Positions 24,463 through 35,512 of a DNA stretch of 64,000 nt are shown here, piece by piece. The position numbers and the translations under genes were made by a program. How positions within the stretch are numbered: position 1 is the first letter of the stretch; every line of letters starts with the position of its first letter. The notes beneath the pieces were generated by a model. That model searched no databases, was not told where the DNA came from, and saw only the letters and a list, made by a program, of their open reading frames with translations. Origin of the DNA: Thalia democratica (Eukaryota); assembly GCA_965202585.1 (NCBI GenBank), contig OZ241832.1, positions 48,670,001 to 48,734,000 on the forward strand, given 5' to 3'.

Positions 24463-25897
24463 AGTACGTTCAAAAACCTTCCTATGTTAGTATTTAAAAA
24501 GCTATATAGTTTTTGAGTTTATACTTAAACAGTAATTCTTTAGTAGTTTCAGAAATACAAATACCTATAAAGAAATAAAGTTTTCAGTCAAATACTAGAG
24601 ACAAGTTTTAAAAACCTATAAAAAAGTTGATAAAAAAATAATTTCACTTTTCTTGCTTATTATAAGTAAACATAATACAATATAATAAACACGACTATTG
24701 TCATTACAACCTCTCTACACATTTAAAAAATGTATTTTGTGCATTTAATTTTGTCTAGCTTAAATTGTTGATTTGTATACTTATATAAAGTTTAAAAATA
24801 AAGTTTGTTGTTTACTATAACTTAGTAGTTTTGAGCATAATCGATAAGAAAAATATTTAACAACTCATATATATATATTCTTTTAAGTATTTCTACATTT
24901 TTAAACTGTTTTATAAGTTCTTCAACTCAAATCAATTTTTTTATTTAACTGATAAACTTGAAACTTTTTGGAATTTTTTTTTGTGTTACAAAACATATAA
25001 AATAATTAAGCCATTTTATAGTTTAGGGCTAAATATTTGTACAGTTTTAAAATACTAACGGCATAATCTACAAATAACCTTACAAGCACGAATTTCGTGC
25101 CTGAAACTGTAAAAACTTAAATATATTCTTTTAGAAAAATTCATTAATCACAACTCTAAACAACTATTGCTTAAAGGTATTAAGCGTGTATATGTTTTTT
25201 GCTGTTTAAAAAGTGTAGCATTTTAATTATTTAAAATTAGCAGCTTTATTCTATTAGTAAAGGGTGCTTCTAAATATTTTTGTATTTAAAATAAATTTGG
25301 TCCATTTCACAGAAGCTTTTGCCAAAATAAACTTGTACTTATAAAAATAAATGCATAAAAATTTTTTGTACTTACTAAGTACATTTTTTTTTTCATTAAA
25401 ATATAGTTTAAGATTTGACGAATGTATCTAAACACAGTTGACAAAAGATAGACAAAAGTTGACTAAAATTTTTGACATATCCTGTACTAAGTTATAGTTA
25501 CATTACAGTTTGAACAAAAAAATTTAAAGCTTAAAGTTATACATTTGAAGCTTAAAGTTAATCATACATACTTTTTACTCTAAATGTTTATACCGATTTC
25601 TTAAAATATGTTAGAGTTTAAATGTAAATATTGTACTAGTAACTAGTTATTTTATTGTATTGTCTAGCACTGTTAACAAAAGGTCTTTTTGAAAATCAGC
25701 TCCTTTGACCATTTTTTAAAACGTCTATTTCTTTATCGTGTTCAATAAAATACTAAATATGATACAAAAATTACCTTTACTTGAACTTTATACTGAAAGA
25801 CACATCAAACAATAAAAATGTATGTATATTAACATGCATTTGGTGTATTATAAAAATGACATTTGTTTTAAAACTAACAAGATTATTAAAAAAAATA

Positions 25898-27502
25898 ATG
25901 GAAGAGGATAAGAAATACTATCAAATCACATTAATTGGTGAAAATTGTGAAAGTAGAAGAAGTCTGATGAGAAAGTTCATTGGAAGCAATGTTGGTAAAA
26001 TCTTAAACTTCATTACTTTTTTGTTGTTTATTAAAGCCACTTTAAAATATAGTTCAGGATAATAAGAAGTCGTAAACACTATATTTCAAGAAGTTTTACA
26101 GCCAATCAGAGTAAACTAGTATACAAAAAAAATACTTTTATCAACCACTAAACTGTTGTTTCAGTCTAGCTAACTTTATTCCTTTGAAAACAACAACTTA
26201 GCTCCCAACTTTTAAAAACAAAAGAATATACTAACTCAAACATGAACCAGTTTAAAACAACTTATATTGTCAATTTTAGCCGCAGACGATAAACCTGTTC
26301 GACCAGTTCTGCTACACGGAGCAGCCGACCAGGTACGGAAAGCTGCACCTCAAGTACCTCGTCCAGGACAGGAAGAAGCAGTTGGAGCAGGTGCAATCCA
26401 CAAAGTACCTGCAAGACACCCACATTCACCTGGCCTGCTTCGATTTGAACAACCGCAATTCGTTCGACACCGTTCGCGAAATAAGGTTCGTGCTTGTCAG
26501 AAGTTCGCTTGACTTAGCTGTTCACTCAAGCGTGTTCTACTTTGTTTTAAAGAATATCAAAATATAAAAGTTTAGTATTCTTCTAAAACAGTAAGAAAAA
26601 GCTGTGAAAACGAAATCTTTTCTTTTTTTATCGTGTGGACTTGATCAAAAAAATTTTAGTTTATTTAATCTTAAAGTTGTGTTAACATTTAACCTGATTA
26701 TAATTTCGCAGGAGGAAGCTGTTCCGAATGAACTTCGACCATGAGATGAAGGACCGCATGCGGCAGAACTTCATCATCGTCGGGATCAGGAGCGAGCCGT
26801 CAGCTTCAACAAGCTCCGCGCAAGAAGACCAAGATCCCAACGATTTTTTTTCCGACTCCAGCTCGCTGGCTTCTTCCAGCTACGAAACCGCCGCTTCGCA
26901 CTGCACTTGCAGCTCGGAAGGCAGACCCTGCTGGAGGGTCCAACAGCAGCAGGAGCTGCAGGACGAACGGAAGGAAGATGAGGAAGAGGAGGATAAGGAG
27001 ACGGAGGAGCTGAGGAAGAAGCAGGAAGAGGAGAACAACAAGATCACCAAGCAGGACGTAAAGATCATCAAGAGGAAGTGGAAGAGCGTTTACTACGAGG
27101 TCAACCTGGAGGACACCAACTGCTTGGGCACAAAAAAAGTAGGTTGAGTTCGATACGTTTAATTTTCAAACGTTTTCAAAAGAGAAATTCAATGTAATAA
27201 ACTAGATAGATTTTTTAATTATACATTCTTTTAAGAAATTGACCAACAAAACTCACTTTTTTTATTCTAGCTTGAGTAGCCAACAGCTTGTCACAAAGCC
27301 TTACAACACGCTAACATTTAATTTTCTTCGGATATAAGTTTACAAAAATGCTTCAAGTCTTGCTTCATCATACCTTTTATAAACTTTACAGCTCTACGCG
27401 GACATGATAGGAAGGCTGGTCTACTTGACCCAGAGCCCGTTCCAGTACTTGTGCTCCTCAATCTTGCCAGGCTGCACCGCTTTGCCGGATTTCAACTCTT
27501 AA
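25898..27502 (+). CDS. Rho-fold small-GTPase-like protein lacking G1/G3/G4 motifs (putative pseudo-GTPase), about 278 aa. Exons 25898-25990, 26280-26485, 26712-27138, 27392-27502
   Basis: Four exons splice in frame (phases 0,2,0) to a TAA stop. The order of segments follows Rho: QITLIG, T.NLFDQF, Y.QDTHIHLACFDLNNRNSFDTV, FIIVG, YYEV, LYADMIGRL. The Rho assignment comes from remembered alignments, not a search. Confidence 0.75.
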
Positions 27503-28107
27503 GTGACTTTAAAATGAAGAGCTCAAAGTTAACAGATGTTTTCCGTCCTTTTTTATTTTTCCTCTCAGCTTGTTTAAACAAATTCAAACTATGAGAGAAA
27601 CATACCATGAAGTCAACATTTGATACTACATTTTACTTATTTTAACTTAATATCAGTTATCATTTAAATGTTATTTTCAGTTTCTTAAAAAAACTTCTAA
27701 TTACTGATAGTATCTTTTTTAGTTTTTTTGTTAGTTAAACTAAATTTTCAATAAGTAAAAATTTCAATTTAGTATGTTTTTTAAATGTAACAATTTACGA
27801 CTTTCTTTATAAGTTCAGTTTATAAAAAGTATTTCGTCAGTTAATTTAAAAAGACATTGATATTAGAGTGGGTAATTTTTATATAAAAGTTAACAAAAGT
27901 TACTAAATCATAAAAAAAAAACTTTAAATAAGTTTCAAACACAGTGTTGATCATAAGAGCACAACATTTTTTATAAACATGAAACATATAAATACAGTAT
28001 ATGGTAAAAATTTTAAAAATAAAAAAATATGGTAAATACTTTCATTGGCCAGTAAACAAAATATCACTCTACAATTATAAAGATAACAAAAGATATTTAA
28101 AATAATA

Positions 28108-29289
28108 CTATTCCAGTTTAAAAATCCGTTTACTAACTTCGTTTTTGTCTCTTATAATAGAAAAAGTTTTATAAACGTTTTCACTGAATTTATTTTCTTC
28201 AGAAAAAATGCTTTTATCAATTTTAGATTTTGGGCTTCCTTTGGACGTTAACCAGTTTTTGCTGCAAATTTGAAGTTTATGTTAACATCACCAGCTTAGT
28301 TTTTATAAAAATTCAAAATCCTCAAAGTAAAATTTTTTTGTCACAAAAAAAAATTACTGAGAAAGTTTATTCTAATTTTAATTATACTTAAAATAACAAA
28401 CGTACATTTTTATCACGGCTTCACTTTTGCATTCAACTTGGCCCTGGACAGTTCCGTGTGGCGTGTTGAGAACCCAACCTGTTGCTCCGTTCCTATCACA
28501 CATCTCCTTCGTTCTCTGTTGTGAAGTTGCATTGATTACAAGAACTGTTAATTGAAAAAAAAAGTTTAATGACTTTAAAGAACTGATCAAGTCAATTGAA
28601 TATCTTCAACATATATCTTAAACAAGTTGAAAAACTAGGGAAACAAGTTTAACTGTTAATAAATTGCTTTTTTTTAAATACCTTTTATACACTTCTACTT
28701 AGCTTGAGTTTTTTAAAACGCTTTAAAACTTTTTAGGATTGGTAACAACTTTATCATTAGCCTCAAAAACATGTAGAAATATTACCAAGCGTTAACAATA
28801 AGTACTAGTTTTCGAATTAAATTAAAAACAGTTTGTTAAGTTAGAGAGATGTAATATTTACAGTTATGATACAAATAGCTCCATTTCGTAGCGGCGTGAA
28901 AGTGAGTTAGATAGCATTATAATGTTTATTGTGCAATGATGAAAAATAAAAACTAATATAATTTTCAATCTTATTTCTATTCACTAAAAAAAACTATTTC
29001 TTGGACTTCAATGCTCTGTTCTATAGACAAAATTACAAAGTGAAAAAATTAATAAAACAATACACCAATGAGAAATTTTTTTTTTTGATTGTTAGTACAA
29101 TAAAAAAACAACAAGTTATTTTTTTTTTATCGTTTAAAATAAATTTAAGTACAACATTGTGTAGATATTTAAAGTTGAGTTAAAAAAATTATTAAAAATG
29201 ATATCATCAAAAACAACCTTTCTGAAAAAAACTCCTTGAACTTTTCCATAGACTTCAAACTTAAAACGAACCCATTCATTTTCAGCCAT
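28108..29289 (-). CDS. ACYP: Acylphosphatase, 111 aa. Exons 29289-29218, 28515-28406, 28261-28108
   Basis: Motifs FEVYGKVQGVFFRK (catalytic Arg), GWVLNTPHGTVQGQ (catalytic Asn) and WL...GSPKSKID. The junctions are in frame (phases 0 and 2). Confidence 0.93.
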
Positions 29290-29784
29290 TTAGAATTTTA
29301 TTAGAATAAATTAAAGTAAGTTCTGTATATAAAACTCGAAGGTAGCAAAACTAGGAACACAGTATTTTTGAATTCGTTAAAAGTAGTAATAACTAAAAAA
29401 AATAGCAAAAATTTAAGTTAAACTTATAAACAAGAAAATTAAATATTCTAGAGCAGTATTTTTTGAATTGTTTGACAATAGTTGTAACAAAAAATCAACA
29501 AATTAAAAATAAAAGATTGAATAATGAAAAAAAATTAAATACTATACTTTGAACTAATGAAAAATATTTGATTTACTTTGATAAACAACATAAAAATTAA
29601 AAAAACAAACTAAGCATATTTTAAGTTATTTTTATTATTATTGATAAAACATCATAGAAGAATATTTAAACAAAAATAAATCTTAAAATGAGTTTTATAC
29701 TTGTGAACTAGTTTATCAAAGAAACTGAATTACTCTAAAAACTTTATACTTAAGATCTGTAACAGTATTGTTAATGCCTTTTTT

Positions 29785-30117
29785 TAGGGTTGCCACAGGT
29801 TTTTTGAAAAAATTTCTCTAGATTTTCTGAATTTTTTTCCAGATTTTCAAAAGAACAAGTTTTTTAGTCCATTTTCATTTAAAAAATTTATTTTAAGGCA
29901 AAAAACTGAATTAAATAGTACAACAACATCTTAAAGAAACTGTAAAACTACTTTAAATGTGTTGTTAATTAAAAATTACTTCTAATGATTGATTTTGTAG
30001 TATTTAATTGAAATTTTATTACTTTACATGTAAAAGTAGTTTAAAATTCCAAGTTTTTCAGGTTTTTTTCAAAGTTTTTGAAATTACAGGTTTTTTCAGT
30101 CTTTTTTGGCAACCCTG
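29785..30117. mobile_element. 333-bp MITE with TAGGGTTGCCA / TGGCAACCCTG termini (hAT-like)
   Basis: 11-bp TIRs with 1 mismatch and internal CAGGTTTTTT repeats. No clear TSD. Confidence 0.6.
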
Positions 30118-30644
30118 TTTTTTATAAAAACATTACATAAATATCACTATAATTTATTGTATTGTTTAATTATTACAATACTTCTTTAATTTTATAGAAC
30201 ATCAAGATTAAAAAAAAACAAGTTTTGATTGATTAAAAACATAATCAAAACTTTTACTGTAGACTTTTAAGATTAATTAGGTATTTATGTTAATTTAACT
30301 TAGTATATATAATTTATACAATACAGCAGTTTGAAAATTGTACCTTAATACATTTTAGCTATTTAAACAAAAGTTTGAATTACCATTTTCAATAACAACT
30401 CATTTAACTATAGCTTAAAAAAAGTTAATTGACAAGTTTTTATTATAACATTTAATCAAAGTATTAGAAAAAAAAACCAAGTAGTTATATAACTACTATA
30501 ACTTGAAAACCTTAAAAAAGTGTGTTTTTGCAAACTTAAATTGTTAAAATGAAGATTTGGTTAAATGTTTAAGCAACAAATTTAATTAACAAAAATAAGA
30601 ATTTTTTTAGTGTGATACAATATTAAACGTTTCACAAGATGTTA

Positions 30645-31286
30645 GTAAAACACTTTTTTCAAAATTTGATCTTATTTTATATGGTTTTCACTAAGATACA
30701 AGATGCTTTTTACAGATTATAAAAATTCAAAATAATGTTTGAGATATAGCCGGTCAAAGTTGGAGGCAACAATAGGATCCTTATGGGAGGCTCAAACTAA
30801 AACTGCAAAAATAGACTATTTCACTAAAAATATATCTTTTCCTAGGTTTTTTGAGACAACTACCTTAAAATTTCAGAAAGTGTTCCTTGATGTATTTAAA
30901 AAAATCTGTCGGAAAGAATTAAAAAAAAGATAATAATTTAACAAAAATAAACAAAAAAACAGTTTTTTTTTGTTATAAAACTTTTATTTTTAGTATTTTA
31001 AATTTTGTTTCAACAGAATTTTCTAAATATTGCAAGGGACATTTCCTTAAAATTTGAGGTAGTTATCTCAAAAAATCTAGGAGAAGATAGATTTTTAGTG
31101 ATTTCTAGTTATTTGCTGTTTTAGTTTGCGCCTCCCATAAGGAACCTATTGCTGCCTCCGACTTTGACCAGCTATATCTCAAAAGTTATTTGGATTTTTT
31201 TTAATCTGTAAAAAGCATCTTGTAGCTTAGTAAAACCTATATCAAATAAGATCAAATTTCGAAAAAAGTGTTTTACCCTTATGCCT
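30645..31286. mobile_element. About 640-bp palindromic MITE with long inverted arms, TTAA-flanked on the right (Kolobok/piggyBac-type target)
   Basis: About 30645-30920 is the inverted counterpart of about 31010-31276. The right end reads CCCTTATGCCT|TTAA. Related fragments lie at about 34940-35000, about 43365-43515 and about 45600-46050. Confidence 0.8.
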
Positions 31287-31680
31287 TTAAAAGGTTTCTA
31301 TAAAACTTTATAGTAAAAGTAAAACTATTTAATAACATGTTTTCATAAAATTTATCAAAAATGCTTTAGTTATATACTAATACTTTTACAACTCATTAAC
31401 AGTTTTAATTAACTGGTAAAACAATAAGGTAATTGTTATGTACTTTGTATAAGAATTTTTATATTGACTATATAAACAGTCCTTTAACGGAAAAACAAAT
31501 CTACAAACTTTTTTTGCTAAGATGAAGTAATTGTAATTAAAATACCCTGAATTATCGACTTATATAACTTTATTCTAGCATTTTAATAAAAAAGAGTGGT
31601 AATAACTATTTCTAATTAAATGAAAAAAAAATATATAACAAAAAGTTTTGAAAATTTTATTTAAATATAGAGCAGCATAA

Positions 31681-32421
31681 CTAATAGTTAGACCAAACAG
31701 TAAAAAATCCAAGTGCAGTCGTAATGTCTGCTGCAATAAGTCTGTATTTAATCCAAGGAATGCTGTGTTTTGCTGATATGTCTAGTGGAATTATAAAAAG
31801 TGACCAAAATATGAATAAGTACTTGAATGAATCTTTTAAACTTGAAGTATTAAACCCAATTGAAAGAGAAGTAACTAGCAACATTACTGACATAAACATT
31901 AAAAAGTATGGAACATAAACTTTAAAACCTGGATGTACTGATTTCAAATACTTATCAATGTTAGACTTTAAAAGCTTGTTAGATAACAAAGTAGCTGATA
32001 GAGATAGACATAGAACTGAGGTGAAAAAGCAACCCAACCGAAACCTAGTAGACCTTCTTCTTGCTCTGTTTTGATCCAGACGAATCGTGTGAAACAGTAT
32101 TGAAGTGGCTGGCCCGCACATTTTCAAAACCATAAGGTACCTTAAATCCTTGTTGAAACTGCTGGTTTGAAATTCAACAAGCGAGCGGAAGAACATGTAA
32201 TTTGAGGCAAAAACCCCTGATGTAGTTTGAAACCACGAGCTCATCATCATGAAGCTTCCCAAAATTACAAGCAGACCAACGTCAAAAAATATCAGCTGTT
32301 TTGGAACTTTATCTGCGATATCATACTCTGAAAGACTCATGAGAAAGGCGCATGCTTCCCATAAGCAAAATCTTGGTATGACAAACTGACTTATTTTGTT
32401 TATTATTTGTGTATAAGACAT
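31681..32421 (-). CDS. TMEM101: Transmembrane protein 101-like (divergent), 246 aa, intronless CDS
   Basis: Multi-pass hydrophobic ORF. R..W....LM..E....P..LIFFDVG..V..GSFM aligns with the remembered TMEM101 N-terminal motif, and the C-terminal LD/W..Y.LI pattern also fits. Confidence 0.75.
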   Translation of the reverse strand: MSYTQIINKISQFVIPRFCLWEACAFLMSLSEYDIADKVPKQLIFFDVGLLVILGSFMMMSSWFQTTSGVFASNYMFFRSLVEFQTSSFNKDLRYLMVLKMCGPATSILFHTIRLDQNRARRRSTRFRLGCFFTSVLCLSLSATLLSNKLLKSNIDKYLKSVHPGFKVYVPYFLMFMSVMLLVTSLSIGFNTSSLKDSFKYLFIFWSLFIIPLDISAKHSIPWIKYRLIAADITTALGFFTVWSNY

Positions 32422-32489
32422 AATGTTTGCTTATATCTGAAAAAAAAAACTTCATTTTAAATATACAAGAAAAAAGTTAAACATATTGT

Positions 32490-34125
32490 ATCTGTAAAAA
32501 TTCTTAATCACCTCTTTGATAACAACTTATTAACTAACAAACAGTTTGGTTTTGTCCCAAACCGCTCATCAACCATTCAACTGTTAACATGCTTACATTC
32601 TTGGTTAGTTCCTTATCTCAAAAATGAATTTACTAAAGTAGTTTATACCGATATTCAAAAAGCCTTTGATTCAGTATCACACAAAAGATAATTAAAAATT
32701 TGAAATCCATATGGGCTACATGAAAACTTAATTGATTGGTTTGATAACTTTTTAAATAATAGATCACAAAGAGTACTCATCAATAATACACTTTCTGACT
32801 CTTTAACAATCTACAGTGGAGTACCACAAGGTGGTGTAGTTGGTCCCCTTCTCTTTTAATTTATATCAATGATATTTGTTCAAACATTGATATTAAAAGT
32901 GAGTTAAGCTTATTTGCAGATGATGCTAAAATCTTTAGTCAGTCAAATACTTCATTACAAATATCTTTAGATAATATTTACATATGGTTAAAAACAAGAA
33001 AGCTAAACTTAAATCCTAGCAAATGTAAAATACTAACCATTAACAAAAAAAAATCTTCTCCAACTGACCTCTTAATCAATAACACCAAGTTACGAGAAGT
33101 TAAAGTTTTTAAAGGTTGGGGAATTTATATTTCCAAAGATTTAAAATGGAATGAACATATCAACTATTTATATAAGGTTGCACAAACTACATGTTATCAA
33201 ATTTTAAAAAATTTTAAAACTAATTCTGCTTCAATTCTGACAAAACTATTTAAAACATACGTTTGCCCTAAACTTGAGTTTAGTACCCAAATTTGGTCCC
33301 CCCATTTAAAAAAGGATATTATTAAAATTGAACCTGTGCAAAGGAGTTTTACCCGTCATATTTGTGGTCTTTGCAACATATCGTACACATCATATAATGA
33401 TAGAATGATTAAATTTGGCTTGGAATCACTGGAATATAGAAGATGCGAATTTGATCTATTAACTCTTAACAAAATTATCAATGGCAAGTATAAGAGTTTT
33501 TTTAACTAGTTTTTTAGTTTTTCCCAAAATAAATATCAACTAAGAGGAAATATTTTAAAAATAAAATGTAAACATGATTTTCAAAACAGTCAGTGGCAAG
33601 GCGCATTTTTTCACAGAGCAAAAGCTATGTGGAACAGACTACCTCAGGATATAGTATCTTGTGAGGGGGTTGAACAATTTCGTTTAAAGCTAAAAAGATT
33701 TGATTTAAATACAATAAATACCAGTAAAATTCACTAATTTTCCACTAGAAAAAAAAGAAAAAATATTCGTTTCCCTACACCTCCCCCTACAAACTACTAG
33801 TTTACTTATTTATTTTGTAATTATGAATTTTGTTTTGTAAGCAATGATTTTAGATGAACTTCTTTATTATGTCTACTAAGTAATTTGTACATAAGTTTGA
33901 ATTTTTTGAATTGAATTTTAAATTTAATTCATTTGTATATTATATGGTGTTTAGCTTTGTGTTTTCATTTAAATTATGTATTTATATATATATAAATAAT
34001 TTATCTTAAAGTTTTGAATATAAGTTTATCTTCTTTTTCTCTTTGTGTGTGTCCTGTTTATGTGGATCAAGTTTTGATGCCTGAGTCCAACATTGCACAA
34101 TAAACAATATAATAATGATAATAAT
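32490..34125 (+). mobile_element. 5'-truncated, decayed CR1/L2-type non-LTR retrotransposon (RT C-terminal half, 3' UTR, AAT-type tail)
   Basis: QFGF..NRS, YTDIQKAFDSVSH, SGVPQGGVVGPLLF, LFADDAKIF and ..RPKLE....W.PH.KKDI.K.E.VQR.FTR appear in broken frames. The element ends in AATAAACAATATAATAATGATAATAAT. Confidence 0.9.
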
Positions 34126-35384
34126 TTCTATTGTGAGCGTAACTAGGTTTACAAGCAAAAAATAGTTTGTAATATTTATCTTACTTAATGTTGTAGTACC
34201 ACATTGTTAAAACCTTAGTAGAAGCAAAGTTAACTTACTAGGTATAAAGAATTTTAGTATTTTAAAAATGTAAAAATCAGTATAAAACTATATATCAAAA
34301 AAACATTTCAACAAAATGTTTAAAATCAATTATTCAATCTACCATTTAAATAACCAGGTTTTTAATACCATGTATTTTTAGAAAAGTTTGTTAGATTGTA
34401 ACCTAAGCTGAAAAAAAACAAGTTTGAAATAAAATGTTGAGTATTTAAATTTTTTTGTTTAAATGGGGTTAATCTATAAATTAAGCCAGTACTTATTTAC
34501 ACCTTATTTTTTGTACCATTAAGGTCTTTCAGTATGCAATTAAAAATATTATTGTTTACTTAATCTATTCTTGTAAAACAACAAATAATCATAGTTCTGT
34601 TCTGGTGCAAAGAGTTTAAAAGTTGAAATCTTTTATTTTTAATTAATGAGCTCATAGGGAGAAATCAAAATTTTTATTTTAGAATAATTATTAATGACTC
34701 TTATTAAAAAGCTCTAAGTATAAACTACAAATAAATTTTATTGTTTATAAATCTTGAAGCCAAGGTGGGTAGTAAATTATTTTACAACTTGATTTGAGTA
34801 TAAAGACTTCCAAATGAGCTATAAATTGCTTTTTACAGCTTTTTATATTCAAACTATTTAATAGATATAGTTGGTAAAAGTCAGAGAGTACGTCATGAGA
34901 TGAGAAAACGAAAACTATGAATAAATAAAAATTACCTATCTCCTCTTACTCTTTTTGAGAAAAATACCTCAAGCTTTTAGAAAATGTTCCTTGCAATATT
35001 TACAATAGTCTGTTGTAGCAAGTTTTATTGAAAAAGATAATAAAGTCTACGAACATAATTTAAAAAAAAAGCTACTTTAAAATTAAAAAAACAAATTATT
35101 ACCAATTAAAAAGTCTGCCAAACTCTGATTTGAATCAAATAAAGCCAGTATTTTTAACTGACAAAGTAATTGAAAAATTAAAAATAACTATTAAAATGAG
35201 AAGTGAGTCTGTAGAGAAATTTATGTGATGGTGGTTTGAAAGATGATTATATATTATAATAAATAAATAATTTAGACTTAACAATTACATATAATATAAA
35301 AATTTATACTAGTCAAATTTAACATTAAGTATCTCATTAACCTTTAAAAATATATTGCAATTATTTTTATTTTAATGAACACAT

Positions 35385-35512
35385 GTATACACCTACTTTA
35401 GCCTATATTCTTTCCTTACAGTATTTGTTATTTTACAGAGCTCAGTTGAAGTGAGTTAATCCGTTAATACACAGAAACATATGTCAGTGTAATAAAAGAA
35501 GGGTACTGTATA
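35385..35512 (+). repeat. Short interspersed repeat, copy 2 (family of 8288 and 48755)
   Basis: ACACATGTATACACCTACTTTAG..TTCTTTCCTTACAGTA...GTTGAAGTG...ACATATGTCAG.GTAATAAAAGAAG..TACTGTATA. Confidence 0.7.
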
